Assembly (NCBI GenBank): GCA_026770705.1
Contig: JANJGN010000034.1
Span: 6,138,001 to 6,202,000 of the forward strand
DNA: 64,000 nt
Direction of reading: 5' to 3'
From: Isurus oxyrinchus
Taxonomy: Eukaryota
The translations under genes were made by a program, and so were the position numbers. Positions 39,567 through 53,284 of this stretch are shown piece by piece. Under the pieces are notes generated by a model that saw only the letters and a program-made list of their open reading frames with translations, was not told the origin of the DNA and searched no databases. The number at the start of each line of letters is the position of its first letter. The first letter of the stretch is position 1.

Positions 39567-40269
39567 GTAGGTGGATGCTTATTTTGGTACCTGACATTCA
39601 CAGTGTCAAAAAAAAAGATGTTCTGGTAGAAATGGATTTGTATTGTTATTGATCCAGGCAAATGAGGGTTACCATTGACAATAAACTTAACTGGTCACTG
39701 GCTGGGAATGCGACAGTGCGTAGCTGAACTCATACATACCCGATGCCTGCCCAACGTCTCCAAGGGATAATCTAGTATTACAATGTGCGAATGCACGCTC
39801 CAGTGTATAAGCACCAGTTTAGCACTGCTGAGTCATTTTGACATAACAGAAGAAAGAATAGCCAGTTTGAACCAAATCTCAATCATCACCTTGGAATATT
39901 GATTCCCTCCGGCACCAGCTCCTTGTGGCTGCAATACGTTGCATATACGAGATGAACCAAGGCAACCTCTACAACACCTTCCAAAACCGCCATTTTTTTC
40001 AATTTAGAATAAAAAGGGCAGCAAGCAGTTGGGAAAAAAAACACTTGCACTTTCCTTCTGAGGTCATGAACCGTGCTGATTTCAAATGCATCACTGATCC
40101 TTCCTCGTCACTGCCTGGATGTGTCTTTGCCACACGGACTGCAACAGTTCATGGCAGTAATTCAACAGAAGTTTTTGAACTGGAAAAGCGGAAGGGCCAT
40201 CAATGCTGATATTGACAACAACATCCGACGTCCATGTGTCCTAATCCATTCTTGTCATCATAATAGCTA

Positions 40270-40590
40270 TATAGGCTAAAACCTCCAGGCTATAACGTCT
40301 GGATGATTGCATTCCTGCCACTCTGCCCTCTTGCACTTCCAAGATTGCACTTCGTTTGATCGCTTTAAGAGTCTGTGCAAACCTTCTTCTGTGCTATTTC
40401 TCTGGAATGTTATCCCTGAACATTTCCTTCACTTCATCTCCCCTCTTTTAAATCACTACTTCAATATTATGTTTAAGAGAATACAATTAATTGTTTGTCA
40501 TTACAATGCTTTATCTTGCTTAATATCAAATTTTGATTAAGATAAAGGCATAATGTCCATGCAAATATTTAATTATTTTGCCTTTGCTGC
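40270..40590 (+). mobile_element. L2-type 3' fragment
   Basis: ctctggaatgttatccctgaacatttcc...ctctttaaatcactacttc L2 tail-like. Confidence 0.5.
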
Positions 40591-40779
40591 ATTCATTATC
40601 ATAATATATGTGATTTCAAACAGATTTGGGCAAGGAGACATTCGTGCCCCAATTACCTGCAGTCGGTGAAATTCGAGGAGCAATGTAGTGAGGCATAAGA
40701 TGTAACCAAAGAGAACATAACCTTGTTATAAAATTGTCGATCCATTTCGCCATACAGTCTACCAGGACAACTTTGCTTC

Positions 40780-43700
40780 GATTTGGATATGGAAAATGGC
40801 AATGGCACACGCATTTATATTGACTCTTGAGTCCCCCATACTGGCATCTGTGGGTTGTGCTAATGTTGGGAGAGATTCCTCAGAACCTAGTCAAAAAACA
40901 GCCCAACACAGTCATTCCACCAAAGCAACTGTTAAAGACAATGCCCCAGATACCACCATCACGATGGCTGAAAATGGCCTGAACCAGCAGCAGGTGCCAT
41001 AGTGGCATAAATTTTAGAGCTAGTTGCACTGGGAGACCTCAATATTGATTCCTGTCCCCAGAAGGTTCAATCACATCAAGTGAAACATGGCAAAAGATAC
41101 ATCTTGCTGATTGCCAACAGCTACTCCTTCCGCTCTCCGTTAGCTGATGAATCTCAGCTCATCTGTTGTGAGCACCAATGAAGAAGGACCGAGTGTGGCA
41201 AGAACACCGAATGCACTTTGGGCGGGGACTTCAATGCCCATTGCCAAGAGTGGCTTGGCTGTATTACTGACCGAGATGGCCGAATCCAAAAGAATAGTAA
41301 GGTTACATTCTGCCTGCAGAGAAAATTAGTAAATCAACAACAGCAAAAAAACCTACTTGACCGCTTTCTCCTCAATCTATCGCAGATAAATCTGCCTATC
41401 AATGTATTGGTAGGAATAATCATCTCACATTCAGCGAAACAAAGCACCGTTTGCTTACTGACGGTATCCTCGAATATGTTATGTGGCATTGTCACTGTGT
41501 TAATTTGGATAGATTACCAATACATGAAGCAACTCAAAGCGGGCCACACGAGGTGTAGTGGGGCATCAAAGTCCTATTCAGTTACCCTATCTTATCCTTG
41601 ACACACCATGTACCCTATTCTAACATTAATATCAGGTGATGGGAGCAACCCAGGTTCAATGATGAGTGCAGGAAGACCTGGCCGAAGTAGCACCCTGCGT
41701 ACCTAATAATGAGCTGCCCACCTGGTGAAGTTAGAAGCTGCGAGTGCTTGCCTGCACTCTAACTGATGCAAGATGTGATAGACACAGTTGAGGGAAGGAA
41801 GCATCATATCAGAACTACACTCCGAAATCCTCTCACAGAGAATCAGTAATGATGCTGGACAATTAACCAAACGGCTGGAGATGGACGCTCCACAATCATT
41901 CCATCCTCAGTGTTTGGGATCCGACTTGCAAAAGACAAAACTGTAGCATTATCCAACATCTTCCAGAATTGCAGAATGGCTGACCTGTTTATGTCAATTC
42001 CTGAGGTTCCGAGCACCCCAGGTGCCAGTATTGAACAAAATGTATGCAGCTAATGTGTTTGTTATTGGCGAATGCATGTCCACGAAGTTAAATGATATGC
42101 TGCTCATTTGCTGTTTATTTCGCTGATTAGTCTGCAACTAAATCTATAGAGGGGGTATTCTTGGAAAGGTGCATCATTTTGTGCCTCTATACAGAACGGC
42201 ATAATGTGCATGTAATGTAGAGGTAGGACTTAACAAGAGTCCTGGCCTGTGCTAAACCTGATTAACAAGAAGAACCTTTGTAATGGTACTTCAGGCCCAA
42301 AGATCGACAGATGGCTTCTTAAACATATGTGCATGAGCAGCAAGAGTAGGGTATCAAGCCCTTCGTTGTTTTGTGCAATTCACTAACATCATGGCAGATT
42401 GCATTACCGTCACAATTCAACTTTGCTGTCCGACAATTTAACACATTATGCCCTTGTCTATCAAAATTCTTTTTAACTGCATTTGCATAAATTCAGTAAC
42501 TCAGTCTCCATTGTTTACTTTGGATGAAAATTCCACCACTAAATACACTTTGAGGGAAATAATTGCTCCTCATTTCCATCTTAACTTATAGACCTCATTA
42601 TTAAATGGTGCTTCCTGCTCCTACTCTCTCCCACAATTGTAAACATTGCGCCTGCTATGTACTTTAACCAGTCCACTCGGGATCTTACATGATTGTGTTT
42701 CAGTTGTTTTAACCCCTATCGGTAAAGGCCAATCTTGTTCAACGGTTCTTCTTAAGATCAGCCCTTCATCACAGAAATGATTCGGGTGAACATTATCTGA
42801 ACTAAATCTAACATAATGATATTTGCCTCTTCAAGGAAGGCCAAAACTCGAAACAACATTCCAGATGTGGCCTCATCAGATGCATTAAACGCCCATATTG
42901 ATGTACTGAATTCTCCTTGCAATAAATGCCAACATTGCATTTGCCTTCCGAATTACTTGCTGTAATTGCATTATAATGATTTTTTTTGTGATTCGCATCG
43001 CAGGTTCCTCGAATCCCTTTGTGTCACCGAGTTCTGCAGTCTCTCGCAATTTATTTTTTATATTATTTTTCTACTCTTCCTGTCAAAGTGTAAAAGTTCA
43101 CATTTTTCCACATTATACCCATCTACCACGGTTTTGTCGACACATTTAAAAAGCCTTTGTCCCTTAGCAAAGTCTCCAGTTCGTGTAAAATATTTTTTTT
43201 CTCACCCATCTTGGTAACAGGTGCAAAGTTATCACCATTCATTCGTTACCCTCATCCGAAACATTCATGTAACATGTAAATGATAGCGGATCCTGCAGTA
43301 ATGCCTCTGGCATTCACTCATTTTTTTTTTTGTCTGCGAACCCAAATACGATGGAATTACCCCTTCTACTTCCTGTCTGCACACCAATCCTTGATCCATG
43401 CTGATGTGACACTCCCCATTCCAGCTACGTGTACCTTGTCCAGCAACTGTTGAGGTGCACTTTAATAAATGCCTTCTGGAAATGCAAGTACACCAAATCC
43501 ACACTTTTCTTTTGTCCACCTTGTTTGTTACGACCTCATTCAACTTCAATAATTTAGTTCAACACGTTTCCCCTTTCGCAAAATTATTTTCACAATACCT
43601 GATTCAATTCGGAAGTCATATGTATCTTGCTATATCCTCTTTAACGATGAATTCCACCAATTTCACTCTGACAGTGTTAGGATAACTTTCCAGGTTGCTA

Positions 43701-46700
43701 TCCCCCACTATCTTGAAGAACAGCATTACATTAGCTTTTACCCAATGCCTTGGAGCCCTTGAATAAACAAGGGGATTTTGGAACACTATAATGAACACAC
43801 CTAAGATCACTTCAGACATTTCTTTCGCTACCCGAGGGTTCAAGCAATCTGCCCCTGGGAACCTATCAGCCTTACAATCGAACAGATTTTCCAACATGTT
43901 TTTCCCTAGTAATGCTGATTATTTTCATTTACTCCCTCGCGTTCACCTGTTGATTTTCAGTTATATTTTGAAAGTTCCCATAACCTTCTGCATGAATGTA
44001 CACACAAAATGTCTGCCGATCTCCTCTGCCATTTCCATGTTCTCCAGATTCTCTCTCTCTAAATGATGAAGATTATTTCCAGTTACACTTTTCAAACGTA
44101 AACATTTGAATATAATCTTACTCTCTGTTTCAATAGCTTTCACCAACTCTCTATGTCTCCCTCTTTATTTATTTTCTTTCTTTATTTTGCATAAATGTAT
44201 GTTTTTCCTGATTCAAAATATTTGACCAATCATCAGGCGAAATAGTAATGTTTGAAATTTTGTACTTTTTTCAGTTTGATACTATCTTTAACTTGCTTAT
44301 GTGGCCTTGCATCATTATTCCTTCTCAGAGATTATTTATTTCACATTGGATATTTTTTTTCCTGAGAGCTATTAAATGCCTCCTTAAAATTCTGTGCTAC
44401 CTTTTACACATAGTTTCTGACTTCAGGTTAGTTAGGTTTGGTTTCATATTCTTCTAATTACCTTTATTCCTGCTCACAACACTAATCCTTTCACATATTC
44501 CTCCTGAAAACTGGCCATGAAATTCTATTGTGCCATGATCGCTGTCACCTAGGGCCCTTGACAATGAGGATTTTGATTAAACTTGCGTCATTACTCATCA
44601 CCAGTCCAGGATAGCCTGCTCCCTTGCTGCCCCTAGGACGTATTTGCTGTAAGGAATTTTGCCGAATACACTTTCTAAAGTAATGCTTCAGGAGAGCATC
44701 TGCAAGTCTGCTTCACCCAAAATATGTGTAGATGAAACTCCTCCATGAGCATTGTGGTAGTTTTCCTGTATGTCTCATTTATTTCATCCTGCACACCCTG
44801 TACTACCGTGTAAACTCAGCTAGGGTATCTATTAAATTACCCCAATGTTGACATATACACTTTACTACTTCTTTTCAGCGTCAGAATAAATTATACATTT
44901 TGCTCTTTCCAGCCACCGTCATCTCCCACAGCAGCCCTAATCACATCTTTCATTAATAAACTTACCCAGTAACAATCTTTTCAATTCTTATCTTTTTTAA
45001 GGGCACAAGAACCTTGTTGGTGACTTCTCGTGTTTCATATTCCATCAACAAAAGCAAGTGGTTGTGTGCATGTCAGTGCGGGGTGTGCAAGAGGATGGGA
45101 TGGGTTGCGGGTCTTGTTAAGGGAGGGTTCCAGTTACGATGTTCATTGTTGCATTGAATTCAGTGTCATAAACTGTCTGTGTGTGAGCTGAAGATGTTTA
45201 TCAAACAGATGTGCAGTACTCTGCTGCACAGTATGGCGGGGCAAGTAGTAATGTCTGGTTTCCTCTAGCAGCAGCACTCCACCTAGATCTGAGAATTCAT
45301 GTTTGTGGATTATTTCTGCTTCTAATTCTTTCTCCTGCTTTCTTCAGATGGTCCAAAATGATAAAGCCCTGGTTAGAGTTTTTGTCAAGCAGCTTGGAAA
45401 CATGTTTTAGTCCAGGGGCACAAATGTAAATATACAATTTAGGGGCATTTATATTGTGGAGCAGAAGTAACTTGATATAGATTAACTAGGACTTGACGTG
45501 ACAGGCCATGTGCTACAGTAGACATTCAACATGGTAATTGTTTGCTAAGGTTCCAGTCAAGGATGCAGAAGGATGGAGCTTGGGTGAAAAGGACACACAT
45601 CATCAGCATGGGTTAAGTTTAGAGACTTTGTTGACAATAGATCACGTGTATACGTGTAGAAGAGGGTTGTGGCGAGCACTGAGCCGTAGTCTTTTGACCA
45701 GTCTTGGCCATGCATTTCTAACCACGTGATATCAAGTAATGTCTGACAGCTCTGGTTACTGCAAAGACTACAGTTCCTGCCAACATTCCAGAAGACTTCG
45801 ATTTCAGAACTAGACACACCTAAAGTCAAGCTTTATCTTTCTGCTAACACACTAGCATCTACCCGAACACATGCAAAACTGGCAAGGGATGTCTTACCAT
45901 ATAAAGCAGGGCAATTCCAAGCCAGTTATTTACCACAACATCTTCTAACATTCAATCATCAACAAACTGACGAAAGAGATCGATCACAATGGTATCAAAT
46001 GATATATATTTTGTAACGGCCTAGTCCCTGACGCTCAGTTTAGTTTCACCAGAGAAATACATTTCCTGACCTCATTACAAACTTGGTCCAAACAAGGGCG
46101 AGATGACGTCCACTCAAAAGTTGAAGTGAGACAGAATTCAGCGACATCCAGGCAGAATCGTATCGAATGTGGCACCATGGTCGGCTAATAATACGGAAAG
46201 CCATGGGAAACGCGGTTAAATAGTCCACTGGGTGGAGTCATTACTTGAACAAATGAAGATAATTGTGGTTGTCGGTGGTCAATCATCTCAGTTCCAGGGC
46301 ATCTCTGCAAGAGTTCCTAAGTTTTGTGTCAACTGTGCAATGATATTCAGCTGCTCCATCAATGACGTTTCTTTCAACATAAAAACAAAAGTGAGGATAT
46401 TTGAGGAAGATTGCACAATGTTCGGTATTATTCACACCTCTTCAGCAATACCTCAACCTTTGAACATATGAAGCCATGCTTGGAAAAAATCCAGGCTTTC
46501 GCTGATAAGTGGTAAACATTCATGGCACAAAAGTAGCAGGCGATGTCCCCTCGACGTCCAATGGATTGGTATGACTTACCAAAAAATATAAACGCCCTTG
46601 GAGTGATCCTCGACCATAAGCAGAACTGGACCAGTCATATAAATACTATGGCTGCAGGAGGGGTTCAGAGGTTTCGACATATGCACAGAGTAAATAAACT

Positions 46701-47260
46701 GCTGAGTCCCCAAAATCTTCAAAAAGGACGCAGATCAAGAGTGTGGTTTAACACACTTCTCCTTGCCTTGTTAAGTGAGGTTCCAACATCACAAAAGATG
46801 CAGGGAAATGGATCCAGAGCAAAGCAGCTCCTTGACTCGCATTCCATTCGCATCGTGAATGGAATCACGTTGTCCAGGACCGATTCTCAGTGGCAGGACA
46901 GTGTGCTATCTATACGATTCATGACATGAACTAACCAAGGCTCTTTTGACAGCACCTTCCGCACCTGCGACATCAACCATCTAGAAGAGCAAATGTATCA
47001 GATGCAAAAAAATCCATCACCTGCAAATTCTCCACCAAGCCACAATTCATGCTGACTTTATACTTTACAGCCTTTCCTTCGATGTTGCTTGGTCAAAATT
47101 TTGGAACTCCCATCCTAATAGCACTATAAGTAACTTCAAAACATGGATAGCAACAAGCAAAGGAGGCAGCTCCCCATAAAATTCTAAAGTGCATTTACTG
47201 ATCAGCAAGAAATAATGGCCGATGCACCCAAGTTAACATTCCATGAATGAATAAATAAAT
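40780..47260 (+). mobile_element. CR1/L2-group LINE split into about 40780-42050 and 45680-47260
   Basis: MGGDFNAHCQEWLG endonuclease motif in the left piece; RT motifs (QGISARVP..IFSCSIND, LGVILDHKQNWTSHIN) in the right piece. Confidence 0.7.
42330..45010 (-). mobile_element. CR1 ORF2 remnant, inverted, inside the split LINE
   Basis: KADRFPGADCLNPRVAKE..WVKANVMLFFK and MEMAEEIGRHFVCTF CR1 motifs. Confidence 0.85.
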
Positions 47261-47653
47261 ATAAATACAGTCTCTTTGTCTCACCATTTGATCAATCGAC
47301 CTTGGCAATATTGTGGACGCATTGTCAAGGTTTTGCTCTCATGTTTTCCCGTGGGTTGACTTGGTTTACTCAGATAAAAAAAAACACAATAATTTGCCGC
47401 TATCCTCTTTATTATCTCAAGGTTTAGTAACTATGTCAAAGCCTCTGCAGTCAGCTCTGTGGAAATACCTTTGCGTAAACAAGTAAGTTTGATATCCCTT
47501 CAATTTGGTAAACAATATGACAGAACACGATTGCTTTCCAATCGGATCTCAACTTTTATCATAAGAAAGTGAAATTTTGAATTGCTGAAGATATGAGGTA
47601 GTATATTGCTTTTAAAGCTTAAATGCTGTGAAAATCCCTAACTTGCATTGCAG

Positions 47654-47689
47654 ATCTGAAAGGTTGCCTGGAAGCTCGAAATGATACAG
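47654..47689 (+). CDS. 36-nt microexon, (D)LKGCLEARNDT
   Basis: ccctaacttgcattgcAG|atctgaaaggttgcctggaagctcgaaatgatacag|GTacac; upstream intron resembles that of 33156. Confidence 0.8.
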
Positions 47690-47759
47690 GTACACAAATT
47701 GTGTTGCCCGCATATATATTTTCCTTTGAGGTATAACCCTTCAACCAATCAGAGATCAG

Positions 47760-48932
47760 GCGGCATATAATATGGAATTCAACCAACAGTGTCTGTTTCA
47801 GAAAGCTTTTGCTAAGGTCTGACACAAAAGGTTATCAAACCAGACTACAGAACATGCTATGTGGAGAACATGCTGTCGCATACTCAGGACGAGTTCAGTG
47901 GGAGAAAGCAGAATGGAGGACTAAAAATATCATTTTCAAGTTGTCAGGTTGTGATTAATATGTTTTCATGAGGATCAGTGTTTCAACCACAGTTATTTAC
48001 GAAGTATATTGATCATTTGGACGTTGGGATTACATGTAATGCTTCCTAGTTTTCAGATGATACAAGACGAGGTAGGCTAGTGAGCTGTGCGGAGAATTAT
48101 AGAGGCTACAAGAGGATTTGGAGAGGCTAAGTGGGGAGGAAAAAAAATAGATGATTGAACGCAATGTTTAGAAATGTGTGGCTATCGTGTTTGATTGGGA
48201 AAACGGCACCACAGAGCATTTCTTAAATGGTGGGAGCCTGGGAACAGTTGATCTTAAAAATTACTGATGTGTCTTTGTTCGTGAGTCAGTTAGGGCTAAT
48301 TTGCATGCACAGCAGCAGTTGTACAATCGTTTGTTACAAGAGTATTTGCTTGTCAGAGGAAATGTTTCTTTCTGTAATTGTACTGAGCCTTCATGAGGCC
48401 ACAGCTCGAGAATTCTGTGCAGTTTTCGTCTCCTTACCTAAACTCATATGTACTTTCCATAAAGGGAATGAACAAAGTTTCAGCAGATGAATTTCAGTGA
48501 TAGAGCGATTTTTTCTACAAGGAATGATTTTGACGTTAAATCTATGGAGTTTAGAATTCCGAAATCTAATCTCCTTCAAACGTACAACAATCTTACAAGC
48601 CACGACAGGGTAAACATAGGAAAAATGTTTCTCCTGGCCTCACTGGGGAGTCTTGAACCAAGTGAGGAGGTCGCAGAATAAGAGGTAGAACATTTAGGAA
48701 TGAAAAGTGGAGGAATTTCATCATTCAGAGGGTGGTGAATCTTTTGAATGCTCTGCCCCAGAGAGCGCTGCAGCCCCAGTCGGTCACTATGTTCTAGACT
48801 GAGTTCGATAGATTTATACATATTCAAACATGAAGGGTGAAGTTTGATTGTGGGAAAATGGTGCTGAATTAGATCAGAGCTGATATAATTGAAGGACGGA
48901 GCCTGACTGGCTTGCCCCTGATCCTACATCTT
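47760..48932 (+). mobile_element. CR1 3' portion (RT C-terminus and 3' UTR)
   Basis: ttcagaaagcttttgctaagg, tttcagatgatacaagacgagg, gagggtggtgaatcttttgaatgctctgccccagagagcg. Confidence 0.85.
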
Positions 48933-49559
48933 GGCTAGAAATTTATGGTATCAGGTCGGGTGCTGGTCTGACCCCATCGTACAAGAAATTGTGTGAAATG
49001 ATGTTGTGCTTGTGTCCCAACATCATTGCTCACGCGAATATTATTCAGGCCAATTAAAGAACCAATTAATATTAACCACCTATTTAGGCCATTAAAAAGC
49101 CGATTGCCCACTAATTTGCATGGCCTGTAGGGTTTCGCTGATGTCGCAAGGCAAAATGGGTGGGCAGACTGCTGGCGTTTAACTAATTGCCCACCAAGGA
49201 GGGGATTGAAAGAGCCCGGACCATTGTCATTGTGGGCAGTGAGGAGCTCAGGAGATAATTTGCTGTGGTTTCGTAAATGAAATTGATAGTTTTATCAATG
49301 TGTGGAGCTTCATTCTTTGCATTGCTTGCCTTCAGTTCATGACTCATTGGTGTTTCCAAGGTTTCTGGAGGTTTTATACCATATGGATCTTTCCAGTTCC
49401 CAGACAACCTGCTGTTTCTCTGGTATTGGGGATAGCTCCACTGCTGGGACGTCCAAGAGGAGCAAGGGCGGGGCAGACGTGACAGGAGGACCTGCATCTG
49501 TAGGCAGTGTCCACAGAAGCATTCTGAGGGAGGGGAGGCACAGGCATAGGGAACGAAAG

Positions 49560-50650
49560 GCCAGCAGGCTATTCAAACTGGAGTCGACCGCAGAAGAATC
49601 CAATATCCTGCTGCCAAGGTGCAAAGGCAGTGATTCAGCGGCCTTCACATCACAGAGATTCAGTGCTAAAGGAGGCTCTGCTTCTCAGCCCTTACGTGAC
49701 CTCCCTATATCAAATGATTTCGTCAGAGATCACCTCCAACTGTGTTTGGGCTATTCATTGCAAGTGGCTCCGAAAGCCACAATGTCACACAGCCTCCCGT
49801 TCTTTCCATGATTAAGTGGACGATCTTTGTGGCTCTCCCAATCAACTGTCCCAAGTTCATTGAACCCAGTAACTGATAAATTGTTCAGGCGTACCATGAG
49901 ATTTATTCCTTGTTGGGCGTTTGAGACCAAGCGGGCTGAGCTAGCCAGAGGTGTCACTGCGATTGTTGAGTTCCCCCACATACAGAGTGACATCGACTGC
50001 ACACCTCTGGCCATCAAGGCGCCAGTTCATGAGTCATGCACTACCGTTAACAGGGAGGGTTTCCACTCCACGGATGTCCAGGTAATTTCTGACTACAGGA
50101 CACAGATTCTGCAATTTTTTTGCAAGGTACCCAAGTAGATTCCAAGGGGAATACGTCCACCAACACTCACAAATGCCAAGGCTGTTCAGAGCTGCTGATC
50201 GACTGCATGAATGGAAGCTGGGTGACCAGGCCTATCCATTGAAACGAAATGGCTTATGACATCTCTCTGCATGCATGGAGAGAGGCAGGGTAGAGGTAGA
50301 GTAGGAGTCGTGACTGCACAAGTGCAGTTTTACTGAGGGCCAGAGGTCTGCTGAAGATGAGATTTACATGCCGACAACTTTCAGGGGAAGCAGGAGAATA
50401 TCTCCCAGAGAACGTGTCCCTGATAGTCCTTGTGTGCGGTGCTCTCAACATCCTGGTTTTGGCAAGGGGGAACCACAGGAGGGAGAGGATTTTGAGGCAG
50501 CTGCACCGGCTGCAGATGATGACTCCAGCGGCGGGTAGGCTGAGGGTCCCGGGGAAGAACATGGTGAGGGAGGCCCTCTGGAAACTTCAGGAAGACGGTG
50601 GTTCATGGCTCCTTCAGCTAGGCTGTTTTGGCGTTGCTGGCACCTAATGC
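49560..50650 (+). pseudogene. Harbinger DDE transposase (HARBI1-family) remnant
   Basis: FPHIQSDIDCTPLAIKAP..VNREGFHSTDVQVISD and GLLKMRFTC..SGEAGEYLPENVSLIVLVCGAL; stops and frameshifts. Confidence 0.9.
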
Positions 50651-52469
50651 CAGACGTGCCATTTCCTTATCAAATGGATCAAATCTCCCATTCTAATGAA
50701 CCCAAAGTCCACTCTGTACTCGTACATGAAAGATTTGAACCACTCGCATCCAGTTTGAGTCACTGCCGTGCATTACACATACAAAAGAATCATGCTCAGG
50801 TCATTGAAACAAAATCAAATTTGATAAAATGTTGGCAGTCAAATAAAATTAACATCGTTATATAAGGTGTTAATTATTACACCATTAAACAAAGTAACAA
50901 AACATGGCAGAAGAGAAGATTGTCCGTAGGAAGTCACACTTGAGCCTTACCTTTGTGAGTGTTGCATCTTGGTGACCCCAAAAATCCACCACACACCCCC
51001 ACCCCTGGCCCAAACCGGCCACCCCCACCCACGCCAGATCACTGGCAGCCACTTTGAAGGCCAGCCTGCGGACGTTGCAGCACTGTGCACGACCTGTCTG
51101 GGAGGAAGCACTCCTCAGTCATGGCGGCCTTTTCAGATGCCATGATTGCTGGTAGGGAGTCAGAGGAGATGCTTCCATTATTCATAACGCTATAAGCGGA
51201 GACCGTGGAGATGATAAACAGCTCGCCCAACAAAGTGAGGTTAGTCTGGACCTCGCTGTCTGCCATTTAATGGGCGGGAGCCAATGAGGGATATCAGGTC
51301 TGTCACCTAACCATCACAACGGCAGTGACCTACCGAGATCATTGCCTGTTTGAGTGCTTGCAGTCCAGTCAGACACACAAGGAGCCTTTGATTCTGTTCC
51401 TGCAGCCGCCTGTCAAATGAAGTTGTCACTCTCTCAATGGAGAGGACAGTGCATTCTGTGCTGAGTGTCAATGCAGTACTTATGCTCCGACTGTACTCCA
51501 CCATGAAATAAATGATGGGATGCAAACCCCCTGGAATGTCTGTCTGATTTTCCTGTGCATCCCGCTGGACATCCATCATTTGCCGCCTAATGGATGACTA
51601 CAGATCCTCAGACTCAGTAAGCTCCTGGTCTCTAGTAGTCCTCTTCCAGCACCATGGACACTCTCTGCCTCTGCCTGTTCCTCATGCTAGTGTTTTGTAC
51701 CCTCGTCACTGTGTACCAACATTATAGCCGATGATCTAATGAACACTGAGGTGTTGGTATCTGCACTGGTGCCGTGATGCAGAGAGGGGGTGTGATGCAG
51801 GTGCACCTGAAAGAACTTGGTCTTCCCGCATCAAGTGTTGCTCATCAGAGTCTTGCAATCGTTTGCTGGATGGCAATGCTAGTGCAGAAAAACTACAGGG
51901 AACCAGTATTCATCATCACACTGTTAATGTGCAGAAAAGGTGGGCTGGTGAGGCAATGTGGATCTGCTTCATTGTGCGTCTTCTTTCAATGAACAATGGG
52001 GGCTCCAGGTTTGAGATTTCCATTCCAAAAGAATCATCACAACAATGTTTACATGCTGCGAAACTGTCACATTGCACCCAACTTTCATCAGACACCCCTG
52101 CATCTCCATGGCACGTCGAACGAGATGTGCGCCTGCGCTCCGTCCATAAGCCATGCACCTCGTTCCTCATCAATATGTCTAGGGTTCAGGCAGCTCCACC
52201 TGACCTTCACCTCTTGATGTTGTCCTTCTCATGAAAGGAGAGAGGAACATTGAGTAGTCCGCTCTCTGCTTGTAGTGCCATTGTAGCCTGACCAACACCA
52301 CCTGAGGAACAGCTTGCAGGGCACTTCCGGTTCGTGGCCCTCAACCCTCAATGTAATCAGACCAAGCAGCCAGAGCTCACCGCCTAGGCGGACGCCGATC
52401 TCATTTACTCAGACTATTATACCCCTAAGCATGGCGGGGGGGATGGCCATACGTTAACACTGCTCCACA

Positions 52470-52745
52470 GAGATTGATGCCAACTCGTTGCTCGCTCTTA
52501 GTGAGCGCAGAATTTTATTGAACATTTTGCATCACTGCTCCAACGTGCACTGCACAGCATCACGTCCGCTGACCTGGGCTGCCACCTCCGCCCATGCTTT
52601 CTTGATAAGCTGCAGTGGCTTCATCTTGCCTTTCCAAGGGATGAGGATGTCCCGCCTGAAACTGACCTCCTCCAGCAGGATTACCAGGCACTCAAGCGAG
52701 AATTCTGGATCACAGTGTCCACAGGAGTTACCTTCCTGCCTCTCG
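52470..52745 (-). pseudogene. Harbinger Myb/SANT-like (trihelix) DNA-binding protein remnant
   Basis: Manual translation PEFSLECLVILLEEVSFRRDILIP..KKAWAEVAAQVS..TLEQ*CKMFNKI. Confidence 0.8.
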
Positions 52746-53257
52746 TGCCCAGAGCTTCAGGTGCCATTGCTGTTAAAAAAACACTTGTCAAACAATTCCA
52801 AAGCTGGAAAGCGTCTCTTGTCTGTCTCTGTCTCTTTTAAATTACCCAACATATCGCCATTAGACATGGCAACCAATTGGTTCCCTCCGGGCTCTTCCTA
52901 CCATTGAACCTCTATATTGGCCACTCAGAGTGAAATCGTGTTGGAAGCTCGGTCCAGGCCTGGAACGGATTTTGCGTTTGCTCCTGGGCCCGGCATAATG
53001 CATTCGCCAAGTGTCAAATTCAGGCCATTATATTCTTATTGTAGTGAAATAATTTATCTTCCAAAAAAATCCCGCAATATACCAGAAACTTCATCAAACC
53101 TGTTTTACATTACCGCATACTTATTGTGATACCAGTATGTTTGCAATCTTCTTGTTTTAACCTGATTGACAGCATAAATTGGCAATAACTGCTCGCCACA
53201 TAACGAGTTATGCGATTAATATCATACATTTATGGTTTACCTTCCACCCTCTAACAG

Positions 53258-53284
53258 AAGTCAAACTCAAAGTAAAGGAAACAG
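53258..53284 (+). CDS. 27-nt microexon, (E)VKLKVKET
   Basis: cttccaccctctaacAG|aagtcaaactcaaagtaaaggaaacag|GTagta. Confidence 0.8.

Larger units (their letters stand above)
48933..53026. mobile_element. Harbinger/PIF DNA transposon, structurally complete but decayed
   Basis: Convergent transposase and Myb/SANT remnants; imperfect terminal inverted ends ggctagaaattt / aaattcaggcc. Confidence 0.85.

Noticed and set aside
49560-52745. Domesticated HARBI1/NAIF1-type host genes
   Set aside because: Multiple stops and frameshifts plus transposon ends indicate a dead element
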